Below the pieces are notes generated by a model that made no database searches, was not told the origin of the DNA, and saw only the letters and a program-made list of their open reading frames with translations. From IMG/VR virus record IMGVR_UViG_3300027704_001989: DNA of 64,000 bases; one strand, written 5' to 3'. Source of the stretch: an uncultured virus (IMG/VR IMGVR_UViG_3300027704_001989). Lineage: Duplodnaviria > Heunggongvirae > Uroviricota > Caudoviricetes. A program made the translations under genes and the position numbers. This document shows, piece by piece, positions 28,000-38,300 of this stretch. The stretch's first letter is position 1, and every line of letters begins with the position of its first letter.

Positions 28000-30510
28000 T
28001 TAGTCAGCCCATCTTCTTACGATATATTTCACTGTTACCGATGTGGCAGGAGTTAGTGTATTACTTACTGTTATAGCTCCGTTTTCACTAGTGAAGTTTG
28101 CTTCAAAATTTACATTACCTGTTAACGTACCTGAACGTGCATCTGTGTAATTGTCTGCAAATATAACATCGTCAATGGTACTATCACCTGAGTATGTTAA
28201 CGTACCAACACGCCTATAACTACCTAAACCTGTTGTGGCTTGCATACTGTATTCTACAAATTGCGTGTTGACAGGATTAGCACCACCAAACGGTATATCT
28301 AATTCTGACACTGTTGTATTGCCTGTTAGTATGGTTAATTGCTCTGGAGCAGTATATGCTGTTATTGCTGTACCTGCCGCTAGTGCTTCTGATGTGAGGA
28401 ACTCAATGTTTGTTTTAATATTCATCAATCCTCTGATGTCAGTGTTAACTGATTCAAAGTATAGATTGTTTAATATTCTAGTAAAATCTCTTGCTTGGGT
28501 TCGTTCTTCGAAATTCATCTCACCAACTGCGCCGTTGATTTTGGTATCCCATTTAGCAGGGAAATGTCCGTTACCCGGACTTGCTGCTTCAGCACTGTTA
28601 AATTCTGTGTTTACATATATAGTTGAGAATATGTTTACATCATCGTACGCCTTTGTTGCGAATAGCCAATCTTCTAATTTTGCTTTAACAGTTGAATCTG
28701 TACGATCGTATTCGTCTGCTGTGAGACCTAATGCTGTTACTGTGTCCGCTGTATCATTATGTAATGCAAATTTAAATGGTGTTTTTTGTACTGCTTCAGA
28801 GTGAGTAATATACATTTTATTAGTCTCACCAGGAATAGTAGAAATCTTAGGCCATAAATTAGCACCGTTAACTGTTGTTTGCACTGCTACAGATGTACTA
28901 GCTGCTGATAGATCATATGATGCAACTGGTGTTGCTTCGATTGTTGCACTTGACACAATTGGTTTAGATGTTAGTGAGGTTGAGTTAGCACTTGTACTAT
29001 CGGTAGTAGCTGTTATAAATGTATTACCTGTAACGGCATTAACAACATGATTACCCGATAATCCACCAGCGCCGGAGGCGAGTACAACACTATTGCCTGT
29101 TAGGTTACCGTGCCTTGGGCTTTGTATAACTACATTACCTGCTACGCCATCTTTGTATGTTACAAATGTTAATAGGTTTAAGTCAGCACTCGAGCTATAG
29201 TCTGCATAATCTTTTGCAACTGTAATTGTATTATTTGTTGAATCAATAGCAGTAACATTTCCTTGGGTACCGGATAGTTGTGATGAATCTGTTGCATGGT
29301 CATATAAGAAATAAATAACATCATCAATTTCTGTGTTTTCAACATTTTCAACTGAGATTTTAATGTTACCACTGTCATTAGCAACCGTTGATATTTGTCT
29401 TGTTATACTTGAAGCATTATTTGGTAATGTTGCAGTTATTGTTGCGCCGGCCGATGAATATGCTGTTACTGCTAATACTTTACCAGTTGACAACCAGTCG
29501 TTGCCACCTTTAACATATACATGATTGTAGTAACCAGCTGGATCGTAATCTCCGTCACTGTCAATTGAATAACTGCCTGTTAATAAATTTCCTGCTAACG
29601 CAAGAGAACTTGCGCCTGCGGTTGATACAACGCCAGCTCTGGCTGTATCAGTTTTTGTTAAGTATAATGTGCCCAATGTTTCTGCATACGAAGCAGTGTT
29701 TGGTGTATGCTTTACATCGGTTGCAACTTGAATATGCTTAAACTGCATACCAATATAACCAATGCCAATTCCGCCTGCAACTCTAACATTGTCATTAGAT
29801 AGTTGCCTATAAGTAGTTATTCCTTTGTCTGAGTAAAAACCAGGCTTGCCTGTTTTACCGATTGTGGTATTTCCTAGAGCTTCAATAATTGCTGTGTTAG
29901 CATAGTATGATACTGAAATTTCATCAGCACCACTCGGCGATGTTCTAAGTGAGAGCGTGTGGGTATTAGCTGCTGCTGCAAGGGTACCTGTCTGTGAGAA
30001 AAAGTAATCATTACCGGATGCTATTGTGGCTACATTAGATGGACTAAGTGCTGTACCGTTTTTGAGAACTGTTAAATCTGTAGGTACAAAAGCATCACCT
30101 GTTATGTTGTTTTGGAAAGCTGCTGTACTTGCAATGTTTGTAAATACGCTACCAAGCCTTCCGTACTCATTTGCTTCAGAGGATGTTGCAACATTAGTTG
30201 CTGGTGTCCAACTTATACTATCTGTAACACCATCGAACTCACCTTTGTCGTATACCTTGTGAGGCACAATGAATTTAATCATTTGCACATTGGCTAAATT
30301 TGCTGTAGTACTCTGGGCACTTGCAGTCTTTTCAAAGTTGCCTGTCTTATTGTAAATGTCAGATACAGCATCGGTTGTGTCTGCACCAATATAAATTTGT
30401 CTGCTATCTGTAGCAAACCCTATTTCACCTGGTCGCAACGGCTTAGGGAGGTCTTGTTTCTGACCTCTGCGTTGTTGCATTCGTACGATTTTTGTTGTTT
30501 CTTCTGCCAC
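28000..30510 (-). CDS. Virion structural (tail/baseplate-associated) protein
   Basis: N-terminal QQRRG..L..GEIGFATD..IYIG fibre-type motif; T/S/A/N-rich; TAAATA at 30538-30543. Confidence 0.7.
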   Translation of the reverse strand: MAEETTKIVRMQQRRGQKQDLPKPLRPGEIGFATDSRQIYIGADTTDAVSDIYNKTGNFEKTASAQSTTANLANVQMIKFIVPHKVYDKGEFDGVTDSISWTPATNVATSSEANEYGRLGSVFTNIASTAAFQNNITGDAFVPTDLTVLKNGTALSPSNVATIASGNDYFFSQTGTLAAAANTHTLSLRTSPSGADEISVSYYANTAIIEALGNTTIGKTGKPGFYSDKGITTYRQLSNDNVRVAGGIGIGYIGMQFKHIQVATDVKHTPNTASYAETLGTLYLTKTDTARAGVVSTAGASSLALAGNLLTGSYSIDSDGDYDPAGYYNHVYVKGGNDWLSTGKVLAVTAYSSAGATITATLPNNASSITRQISTVANDSGNIKISVENVENTEIDDVIYFLYDHATDSSQLSGTQGNVTAIDSTNNTITVAKDYADYSSSADLNLLTFVTYKDGVAGNVVIQSPRHGNLTGNSVVLASGAGGLSGNHVVNAVTGNTFITATTDSTSANSTSLTSKPIVSSATIEATPVASYDLSAASTSVAVQTTVNGANLWPKISTIPGETNKMYITHSEAVQKTPFKFALHNDTADTVTALGLTADEYDRTDSTVKAKLEDWLFATKAYDDVNIFSTIYVNTEFNSAEAASPGNGHFPAKWDTKINGAVGEMNFEERTQARDFTRILNNLYFESVNTDIRGLMNIKTNIEFLTSEALAAGTAITAYTAPEQLTILTGNTTVSELDIPFGGANPVNTQFVEYSMQATTGLGSYRRVGTLTYSGDSTIDDVIFADNYTDARSGTLTGNVNFEANFTSENGAITVSNTLTPATSVTVKYIVRRWAD

Positions 30511-30557
30511 TGTTAAGCCTCTCTTATTACTTAACAGTATTTATCACTTTGAACTAA

Positions 30558-31232
30558 CTAAACTTTATTATAATAGTCCGCTAGTCTTCTTGCCCATTTA
30601 GTGCAGTATTCTTCAAATTCGTCGCCTTCTATAACAAAGTCTTTATAGTTAGCTTCACGGTCTACCATTAGGATGGCAACCTGCTTGATGTTTGTACCAA
30701 ACATTTCATTATGTGCAAGTGCGTATGCACATCCTTGCATAAAGTAATCTTCAATCCACTCACGTTTCTTGATCTTTTTAGAAGTCTTGAAGTCAATAAT
30801 ACTTTCAACACCGTTAAACATACCCACAGCATCGCTTGTACCTGCGTATAAGCCTTTTGCTAACAGAGCTACTTCAACACCCCATATCTCATCTACTTGG
30901 CTTAACCCTTCTGCAATCATTACATTTAGCATGTCTCTAGCCATTACGCTTACAACATTATTACCTTTGATTTCGTAATCTTCTACTAGTACATACTTTT
31001 CTAATGCATTATGCACCTTAGTGCCTAGCCCAGCGGCTTCTTGACTGATGCGAGTAGCTTCAGCATCGCCTACACGTTTACGCCAATTAATAAGAGCTGT
31101 CTTATCACCGGTATCCGAAAGCACCGTAGTTACACTAGGTACTGGTTGATTGTCTTCGCCGGTGTACTGGCGTTGTCCGTTTTTTGCTGTTACTCTTTTA
31201 AGAGTTGGGTAAGTGAACTTTTCTACTAGCAT
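30558..31232 (-). CDS. PD-(D/E)XK exonuclease
   Basis: PSVTTVL, GTKVH, E..YAGTSD..IIDFKT, Q..AYA; promoter TTGACA-N17-TATACT at 31260-31288. Confidence 0.88.
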   Translation of the reverse strand: MLVEKFTYPTLKRVTAKNGQRQYTGEDNQPVPSVTTVLSDTGDKTALINWRKRVGDAEATRISQEAAGLGTKVHNALEKYVLVEDYEIKGNNVVSVMARDMLNVMIAEGLSQVDEIWGVEVALLAKGLYAGTSDAVGMFNGVESIIDFKTSKKIKKREWIEDYFMQGCAYALAHNEMFGTNIKQVAILMVDREANYKDFVIEGDEFEEYCTKWARRLADYYNKV

Positions 31233-31288
31233 GTAATAAGCCTTTATAATTTAAACAATAGTATAACACATAGTGATATTGTTGTCAA

Positions 31289-31316
31289 TAAAAAAGGCAT
31301 ATAAAAATGCCTTTTG
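31289..31316 (-). terminator. Intrinsic terminator
   Basis: AAAAGGCAT..ATGCCTTTT hairpin with a T run. Confidence 0.7.
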
Positions 31317-31334
31317 TTTCAATAACTTACGTTA

Positions 31335-31652
31335 TTACCAGCTAACATTCCATTGTAATGCAGTTGCATTGTCAGGATCTGTGATAATACTAACACCGTA
31401 GCCTAACTTAGTGAAGTAGTTTTTTACATAGTTAAGTTGATCTAGTTTAGTCGGATCTGTTGTAATGCTGTTATATACATAGTAGTACACATTACTGTTA
31501 GTCATTGTAGAATTGTTTACATTTGCGTAAAGCACACCAGCATCAACATTAGCATATACTGCGTTTTCAATAGCAGTTACTTCGTTGTGGATCACAGTAT
31601 TATTTCTAGTGCTGCTTCTTGCTGTTTTAGCATTTATGAATATGCCGGGCAT
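31335..31652 (-). CDS. Hypothetical (probable virion) protein
   Basis: 105-aa ORF at the end of a late-type operon. Confidence 0.65.
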   Translation of the reverse strand: MPGIFINAKTARSSTRNNTVIHNEVTAIENAVYANVDAGVLYANVNNSTMTNSNVYYYVYNSITTDPTKLDQLNYVKNYFTKLGYGVSIITDPDNATALQWNVSW

Positions 31653-31653
31653 G

Positions 31654-31992
31654 TTATACTATCTCCGTATTCATTGCAGTTGTTGCGGCACCTTTTGCTA
31701 AATCAGATACTGTGTCTGCCGCTGTTTCGTCATCGCCTGTGCTTATTTCTGCAGGTAATTGATTGTTAGGTTTAATTATATCTCTGTTTACACTACTGGC
31801 ATGTCCGCTCTTATCAATTGCTGTAATAAGTTCGTCTGTTGTAGTAACATAGCCTTGCTTGGCTAATAATGATCTAAATTTTTCAGTAGGAATGTCTTGT
31901 ACACCTTTGGCTGCTAGTTTTGTTAGCAAATCTTGCACTGTTAGAATTAAGTCGGAAAAATATCCTTCTGATATTACTTCGTTGATTAACAT
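31654..31992 (-). CDS. Putative head-internal protein
   Basis: N-terminus MLINEVISE. Confidence 0.6.
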   Translation of the reverse strand: MLINEVISEGYFSDLILTVQDLLTKLAAKGVQDIPTEKFRSLLAKQGYVTTTDELITAIDKSGHASSVNRDIIKPNNQLPAEISTGDDETAADTVSDLAKGAATTAMNTEIV

Positions 31993-31993
31993 T

Positions 31994-33292
31994 TTAGACC
32001 TCTACAGGGTTTCTACCTAGTGGCTCTTCTTCAGGCCCAGCTGCTGCAGGTTCATTAACGTCCATTACTGGCTCTTCTAATCCTACGTCTGGTGCGCCGC
32101 CTAAATCAGCAGTATCACCTAATCCCATATCATCTGAGCCTACAACTGTACCTGCACCAATTAATGTTGCTATAGAATTATCAAGTCCTAATTTAGCACC
32201 TTTAGATGATTCAATATATGTTCCTAATAAGCCTTGAACACTGTCTGCAAAAGTAGCTGCTGCTTGAGCACCCATTTCGCCACGCATTTGATCTGCAATT
32301 GCTGGTAAACTTTCGTTCATCATACGTCCAATTTCTTCAACATGATCCTGGATGTCATCTGCTAATGCTCTTACTGCCATTACAACTTCTGCTTCTTCTA
32401 CTGTAGTGCCTTCGACTTCTTCGTTAATCATATCGTCTACGATAGAGTCAAACATTGTTCCTTCATTTTTCTTTTCGTCTTCTTCGCCAGTGACGTCAAA
32501 CTCTTTTCCGCCTACTGTAAATTTCTTTTCGCCTTTTGCAATAGCGTCTCGTCTAGCACCAGTAAATTTGTTTTGTTCTGCTACTTTAGCACCAAACATT
32601 TTAATACCGCTACCAACTGCATCTTCTTCTAAACCGTTTAAGAAACCAACAACTGCATCTCTGCTTTTTTCTGTTACTTTAGCAAAAGATTCTAACTTCT
32701 CTTCAATTGCTTCTAGGCTTTCTGTACCTGATAATTCAACACCACACTCTTTAGCAAGTTCTCTAAGCAACGAATCGTTAAGGTCTGTTTCTGGGATATA
32801 CTCGCCTTCCTCTTCAATACTTTCATGCTTACTGCCACATGATTCTACATAGCTTTTTGCTGCTGAAAGGATAATTGGCATAACGTGTTCGTCATCATAT
32901 GCAAAACGTGAATCCATTCTGTATTGATTCATGCACTCGCCACAAGCCTCATCCATTGTGTAGCCACTGTCCATTAAACTGCAAACACTTGCGTTGATCA
33001 TCTCTTTCATGTCACCATGTGCAGGTGATTCAGCATAGTAGCCTTCCGCAATCATAGTTTCGACAACATCCTTGATGCCTAAAAACTTTGCGTATTCTGG
33101 TTTTTGCTGAAACTTAGTGTTATTACTTTTTATTAGATTTATACTTTTTAAAGCAGTTTCTAATAAACCGTTTAACTTTGCTTTCCTAGGAAATCCAGTA
33201 GTCTTTAAAGACACACCGAATTCTTCCTTGAGCATTTTATTAACTTTGGCAATTCTACTTGCGCCTTTTTGATTGAATTCTTTTAAAAACAT
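31994..33292 (-). CDS. Acidic putative prohead core/scaffold-like protein
   Basis: MFLKEF start, acidic, many (I/L)xE sites; TAAATA at 33330-33335. Confidence 0.6.
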   Translation of the reverse strand: MFLKEFNQKGASRIAKVNKMLKEEFGVSLKTTGFPRKAKLNGLLETALKSINLIKSNNTKFQQKPEYAKFLGIKDVVETMIAEGYYAESPAHGDMKEMINASVCSLMDSGYTMDEACGECMNQYRMDSRFAYDDEHVMPIILSAAKSYVESCGSKHESIEEEGEYIPETDLNDSLLRELAKECGVELSGTESLEAIEEKLESFAKVTEKSRDAVVGFLNGLEEDAVGSGIKMFGAKVAEQNKFTGARRDAIAKGEKKFTVGGKEFDVTGEEDEKKNEGTMFDSIVDDMINEEVEGTTVEEAEVVMAVRALADDIQDHVEEIGRMMNESLPAIADQMRGEMGAQAAATFADSVQGLLGTYIESSKGAKLGLDNSIATLIGAGTVVGSDDMGLGDTADLGGAPDVGLEEPVMDVNEPAAAGPEEEPLGRNPVEV

Positions 33293-33351
33293 TTTTTTAT
33301 TTCCTAGGTATTAAATTCTCTATTACTGTTATTTATCATCTTTGTACACTT

Positions 33352-33741
33352 TTAGCTAAACCGTTTTAGTTCTTCTTTAGTATAATTAAACTTACATATG
33401 GTATCAAGCAGTCTTGCTTCTGTTATTTGTAGCTTAGTAAAGTCTTTTGTGGTTTTGATAGTGTGCCTATAGAACATAATGTCATTTCTACATCTAAAAT
33501 ATTGAGTTATTAAGCCTTCTAATTTAATTTTATTTCCTAAACTCACAGCTAAACCTTTGTTACGCAACCTACATAAGTAAGAGGCAACACATTTCATAGG
33601 TAATTCTGACGCCACAATAGCTTTTGATATATGTTCTTGTATTACAAAGTGATCATCTTTTTTAGTTACAACATAAACGCCTTTCTTAGCAACGTTCTTT
33701 GCTATAGTATCTAACTGTTTTGTAAGTTTTTGTTTGTTCAT
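33352..33741 (-). CDS. Hypothetical protein
   Basis: TAAATA-N5-ATG defines the start at 33741. Confidence 0.65.
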   Translation of the reverse strand: MNKQKLTKQLDTIAKNVAKKGVYVVTKKDDHFVIQEHISKAIVASELPMKCVASYLCRLRNKGLAVSLGNKIKLEGLITQYFRCRNDIMFYRHTIKTTKDFTKLQITEARLLDTICKFNYTKEELKRFS

Positions 33742-33764
33742 ACAGGTATTTATGAACAGATGTG

Positions 33765-33986
33765 CTAAAGTTTTTGTTTTGCTGAGTATAAAGTATAACA
33801 CTCAGACCCATTTTTTACTTCTTTTTGAAAGATATTCTTTTTATGCATCTCATCTGCAAGGTGTGCATCACGTTCTGATAGCTCTGCTGTGGTTAATTTA
33901 CCAAGTGTTTCTACCTGAGCATATAGCTCTGATTCAAACTTGTTAATTAAACTTAACTGATTGTCTTTACATTTAACTGCTCTCAT
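33765..33986 (-). CDS. Hypothetical protein
   Basis: TAAATA-N5-ATG. Confidence 0.65.
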   Translation of the reverse strand: MRAVKCKDNQLSLINKFESELYAQVETLGKLTTAELSERDAHLADEMHKKNIFQKEVKNGSECYTLYSAKQKL

Positions 33987-33987
33987 A

Positions 33988-34899
33988 CTAGTATTTACCT
34001 AATTTTTGCATAGTTAACTTTGCAATGTCTAACTGTGTTTGAGGACCAGTATGTATCATATCTCTAGCCCAGTCTGAAGGAGATATTTCAGATAATTGCG
34101 TTACAACTAAAGGAATGCCTCTGGCTTTAGCAATTAATTCTAATGTTTTTATGTGCATATCATAATTTATTTGCGAAGTAGAAGTAATTATATCTATATA
34201 CTTGTTTATGGTATCAGCATCTAATTCAGATGATGTTTTTTCTAACAACTCTGTCCTCATAGTTGATACTAAGTAAAAATCATCCTGCACCATTGCAACA
34301 TGTGTTCGACCCATAGGCGGTAAAAGTACAGCTATGGCTGTTAAGTTAGGCAAGTCTTCGTCTAAAAAGTTTAATGCATACCATATGCTTGTCTCTAATG
34401 AGCATGCAGGAGTTCCTAAATTATATGTAGTCTCACCTGTAAGTTCAGCAAGTTGTGATGGCCAAGATTGATTAGCATGTATTCCTGAGCCATATGTATG
34501 ACTACAACCAAAACATGCTATGCCTGGTGCATCACTAAAATGCGTATCACGGAAGCCTTGCTTGTTTGTTTTATACCATACATCAACAAGTTGATCAGTA
34601 CTGTTATCCCACCAGCTATAAAATTTAAGTTGTTTCTTTTGTCTGTTAGAAAAACCAGTTTCGTTCATTCTAAATTCGTAAGGATGCCAGTTACATACGT
34701 TGTAGTCATCTTCTTGGAATTGTTCAATGCCCATTGCACTGAGTTGTTGATTGTTAAATCGATGTATATACGGAGCAGTAGAACTATGCTCAATTGTTTT
34801 CTTTATTGTGTCTCTGCTTGTTTTAAGCAGTTCCTGCTTGTCTAAATGCTTGGCGGTAGGCCCATGCATTTGAGACCAACGGTCATCTATTTTTGCCAT
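33988..34899 (-). CDS. SGNH-hydrolase-like protein
   Basis: NKQGFR, FGCSHTYG, NLGTPA, ARDMIHTG. Confidence 0.7.
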   Translation of the reverse strand: MAKIDDRWSQMHGPTAKHLDKQELLKTSRDTIKKTIEHSSTAPYIHRFNNQQLSAMGIEQFQEDDYNVCNWHPYEFRMNETGFSNRQKKQLKFYSWWDNSTDQLVDVWYKTNKQGFRDTHFSDAPGIACFGCSHTYGSGIHANQSWPSQLAELTGETTYNLGTPACSLETSIWYALNFLDEDLPNLTAIAVLLPPMGRTHVAMVQDDFYLVSTMRTELLEKTSSELDADTINKYIDIITSTSQINYDMHIKTLELIAKARGIPLVVTQLSEISPSDWARDMIHTGPQTQLDIAKLTMQKLGKY

Positions 34900-34920
34900 C
34901 TATGTTACCTGTTCTGTGTG

Positions 34921-35298
34921 TTAAATGTTTTGCTGATGTCTTGACTTTTTAGACTTGCCGTATCCACCTGTTTGTAGAGTAGCCTCGGCATGCATTGCTG
35001 CCATGTGCTTGTTATATTTCTTAGTACCTTTTTTATGTGGGCTCTTACCTTCTCTGTGAATGTAGCCATCTTCTTCACCAGTACCACCACAAGCATCACA
35101 GCCTTCGCCTTTACAAAGTTCACATTTCGGAAGTACTTCGTCTTTAGTGTTCTCAGTTGCTTTTTTCTTTTTCTTTTTGGGAGTTGCATTAGCAAACACA
35201 CTTGCATTAGGTCTTTTTTGCATACCGCCTAATGGAGCTGCAACGGTAGCAATACCGCCTGCACTAGTTGTTTCTTGTATAATGTCATTGATCTTCAT
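34921..35298 (-). CDS. Small basic putative head-internal protein with a Cys4 module
   Basis: MKINDIIQE; CELCKGEGCDACGGTG; Lys-rich. Confidence 0.65.
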   Translation of the reverse strand: MKINDIIQETTSAGGIATVAAPLGGMQKRPNASVFANATPKKKKKKATENTKDEVLPKCELCKGEGCDACGGTGEEDGYIHREGKSPHKKGTKKYNKHMAAMHAEATLQTGGYGKSKKSRHQQNI

Positions 35299-35318
35299 AT
35301 TAGTATTTACCGTTTTTA

Positions 35319-38300
35319 TTAGTTACTACTGTCTACTATTGATGTATTTGCAAATGGATTTTCATTTGTTGTCACAAGATAGTTTGTCTTTGCATGTAGT
35401 CTTAAGCCGGAACCGGCTAAATCCTTGACGTCTTGTATAAAGGTAAACGTCTGCTTTTTAAGATCTAAGAAAAGTATTCCTTTAAGATTGCCTCCGCCTC
35501 TTTTTGCGGCAAGGTAGTTATTAACATTAGATTGGGCTATGGTCTGCATTGCTCCGTTAATGTTATTTTGTGCTAAGTATTGTGCTATCTCAGTACCTGC
35601 GTTAGGTAGTTCTGTAAAGATATTTGAAATAATATCTGCTACTTCTTTTTCTGCCTCAGGTACTAACTTTAAGAAAGCCGCAACATGATTTTGTTGCATA
35701 CCTGATTTAACTCTTAACACTGCACCCTGTGCTTCTAGTTCTTTGAATTTCTCAGCATACTTTGTAAAGAATGCTGTTACCATAGTCTTGTATGAATCTG
35801 ACACAGTAACTTGCCTGTCATTAAATCTAGCAGAATTTTTTCTTGTTGTCTTCAATTCAATTGGTTGACCGTCAATCATTAAGTCACCTTTGCCATCGTC
35901 AGCACCCGATGATGCTCCCATGCCGCCAATTCTCTGTGACAATACTGACAGTGCAAACTCACCTGGCCCGATACCGTACTGTACAACTTCATTTAAGTCA
36001 TTAACTAATTCTGTTATATGTTCGTTTCCTTCCATGCCGTAGCCAACAAATATTTCAGCCATAGTATCAGTTGATGTAGACAACAATGTATCAACTCGAA
36101 TTAATTTATCTTGTTTCCAGTCCATGAAAAGTTTTGCTCTTTCTGCTGGTGTCATTTCTATACTTGCTACAATCTTTGCAATTTGTTTAATTGCTTTCTT
36201 AACATCCTCATCCGGCACTTCGCCTAACATGTTACTTAAACTTTGTATTTTGCCACCAACACCCATATCGTTTAACAGTTGTTCAATGTAGTTAATTAAT
36301 TTATTAGTTTTGTCATCGTCTGGTAGTTCTTCTAATTTTTTAATTAGATCAGATTTACTTTCGGTTAATCCTGCTTTCTTTTTAATTTCTGGATGTACTT
36401 TATTTTGTACAAAGCCTTTGAATATAGTACGCAAATCTGTGTCTGGTCCGCCACCGCTGGCTGCTTCTCTGAATGCTCTAATCATGCTTGGATCAGGAAC
36501 CACAAAGTATGCTTCCATTTGAGATTTTAAATCACTAGCAAGTAAAGGAACATTTAATAACTGACGTATTTTCTTTACAGGGGAGTTGTCTGGTACAGCA
36601 CCTTCTGTATATTTTGCTGCTCTGCCTGAGCCAGACTTGTTAGGATGTTCAAAACCTTTGCCTTTCTTTTTCTTTTTACTAGGCGTACCGTAAGTAGTTA
36701 ATAATGCAGTCATATCTTGTTCTGCTTCAATAGTTTCATTTAACTTTTTCTTAGATACTATTAGTGCTTCGTTTATCTTATTAGCATCAACTTTACTAAC
36801 TATTTCTAACTGCTTACGCAATGGTAGTTTATTAAAATTCTCAAACATGTTTTTACTCTCTTTTATCTTACTAAAACTAACGTTATATTTGTTAGCAATG
36901 TGACGTTGCATTTCTGTATTTACTCTAGCCATATCGCCCACAGAGTATCCGGTTGATCCATATCTAACACTACTAGGAACAAAGCCATACTTCTTTTCAA
37001 ACGCATCTAATTCTTGTTTCTTTCCATTTAATAACCGCATATTCATGTCTGCACTGCCACGCATTTTACTAATGGCTCGCTCTGTATCTTCGACACTATT
37101 TTCGTTAGTTCTACTTCCTTGTGCATGTGCAGGGTGATCAGCGTCTATTAAGTCTGTAGTATCAACTCCGCCTGCTTTGTATGCTTGTACCATTGATGAT
37201 ATTTCATCCCACTGTACAGGATTGCCATTGTTTTCCTTGTTGTATACTAGTGCATTTAGAACATCTTGTTTTGCATTATTACTTGTTTCTAAGTTGTTAA
37301 TCCATCTTGCTAGTTTTACAGCATTAATGTTTGGATCAGCCATAAACAAGCCAAATCCACCGTCCCACATTTTTTTATAGTTAGGATAATCTTCTTGTGC
37401 CATTCGAAGTGCCATTTTATTACTAAGAGTAGATGGATCATTATAACTATCCGAATCCTTTGTATCTAACTCACGTTGCATGTTGTCTGCCCTTTCTACA
37501 TCATTTTTGTAATCTATTACGGCTTCGTCGTAATCGTATACAGTTCTTTCTACTGCGGTTAACTCTTTGTCAGGTACAACTGTAAACATTTCTGGGTTTA
37601 GTATATCACCAGGGTCTTCGCCTGTGGCTTTGTCATCGTTGAATAAATCTAACCCAGCGTCTTTCTGTATGTAATTTCGGTATGTACCAGTCATAAACAG
37701 TGCATCGTTATTAGCATCGAAATTAACGTTAAAGTCTGCAACTCTTGCTTTAGCTACGTTTACGTTTAATAGCTTATTAAATCCTTCAGCCCAGTCTATT
37801 TCTTTTTGATGTACGGTTGTCGGTGAGTTAGTAAACAATTTTTCTTTTTTCAGCATATCCCAAAGTTCTGCACCCGGAATACCAAAATCTTTAAATCCTT
37901 TTCTAAAACCTGCAATTTGTTTTACTTTAGGCTCAGTGCGATTGTTTCCATTTGCTAAGTCACTAATAATCATTGCAAATGCTTTACTAAAGTATTTTTT
38001 AGCATGATCTAAATATGCTTGCTGACGTTGACGACTTTGTTGCAATGACTCGTCTTCAGGTGTCTCATCTTCTGCTTCATTTTCTTGAAATAAGTCACCT
38101 TGCATGTCTGCTGATGCCATCTGCGTGTAACGTCCTAATGCAGTATACGCCATACCTAAGTATTCTAGTGCATCTTTGTAGGATCGTTTACTTGCTAAAT
38201 CTTTAAATGCATCTATTACTTTAGCATCAGCAACAGAAGGGTCAATATATGACGATGCATTCTTTACAGTGTCTGGGTCAATTTCGTCTACTGAATTTAG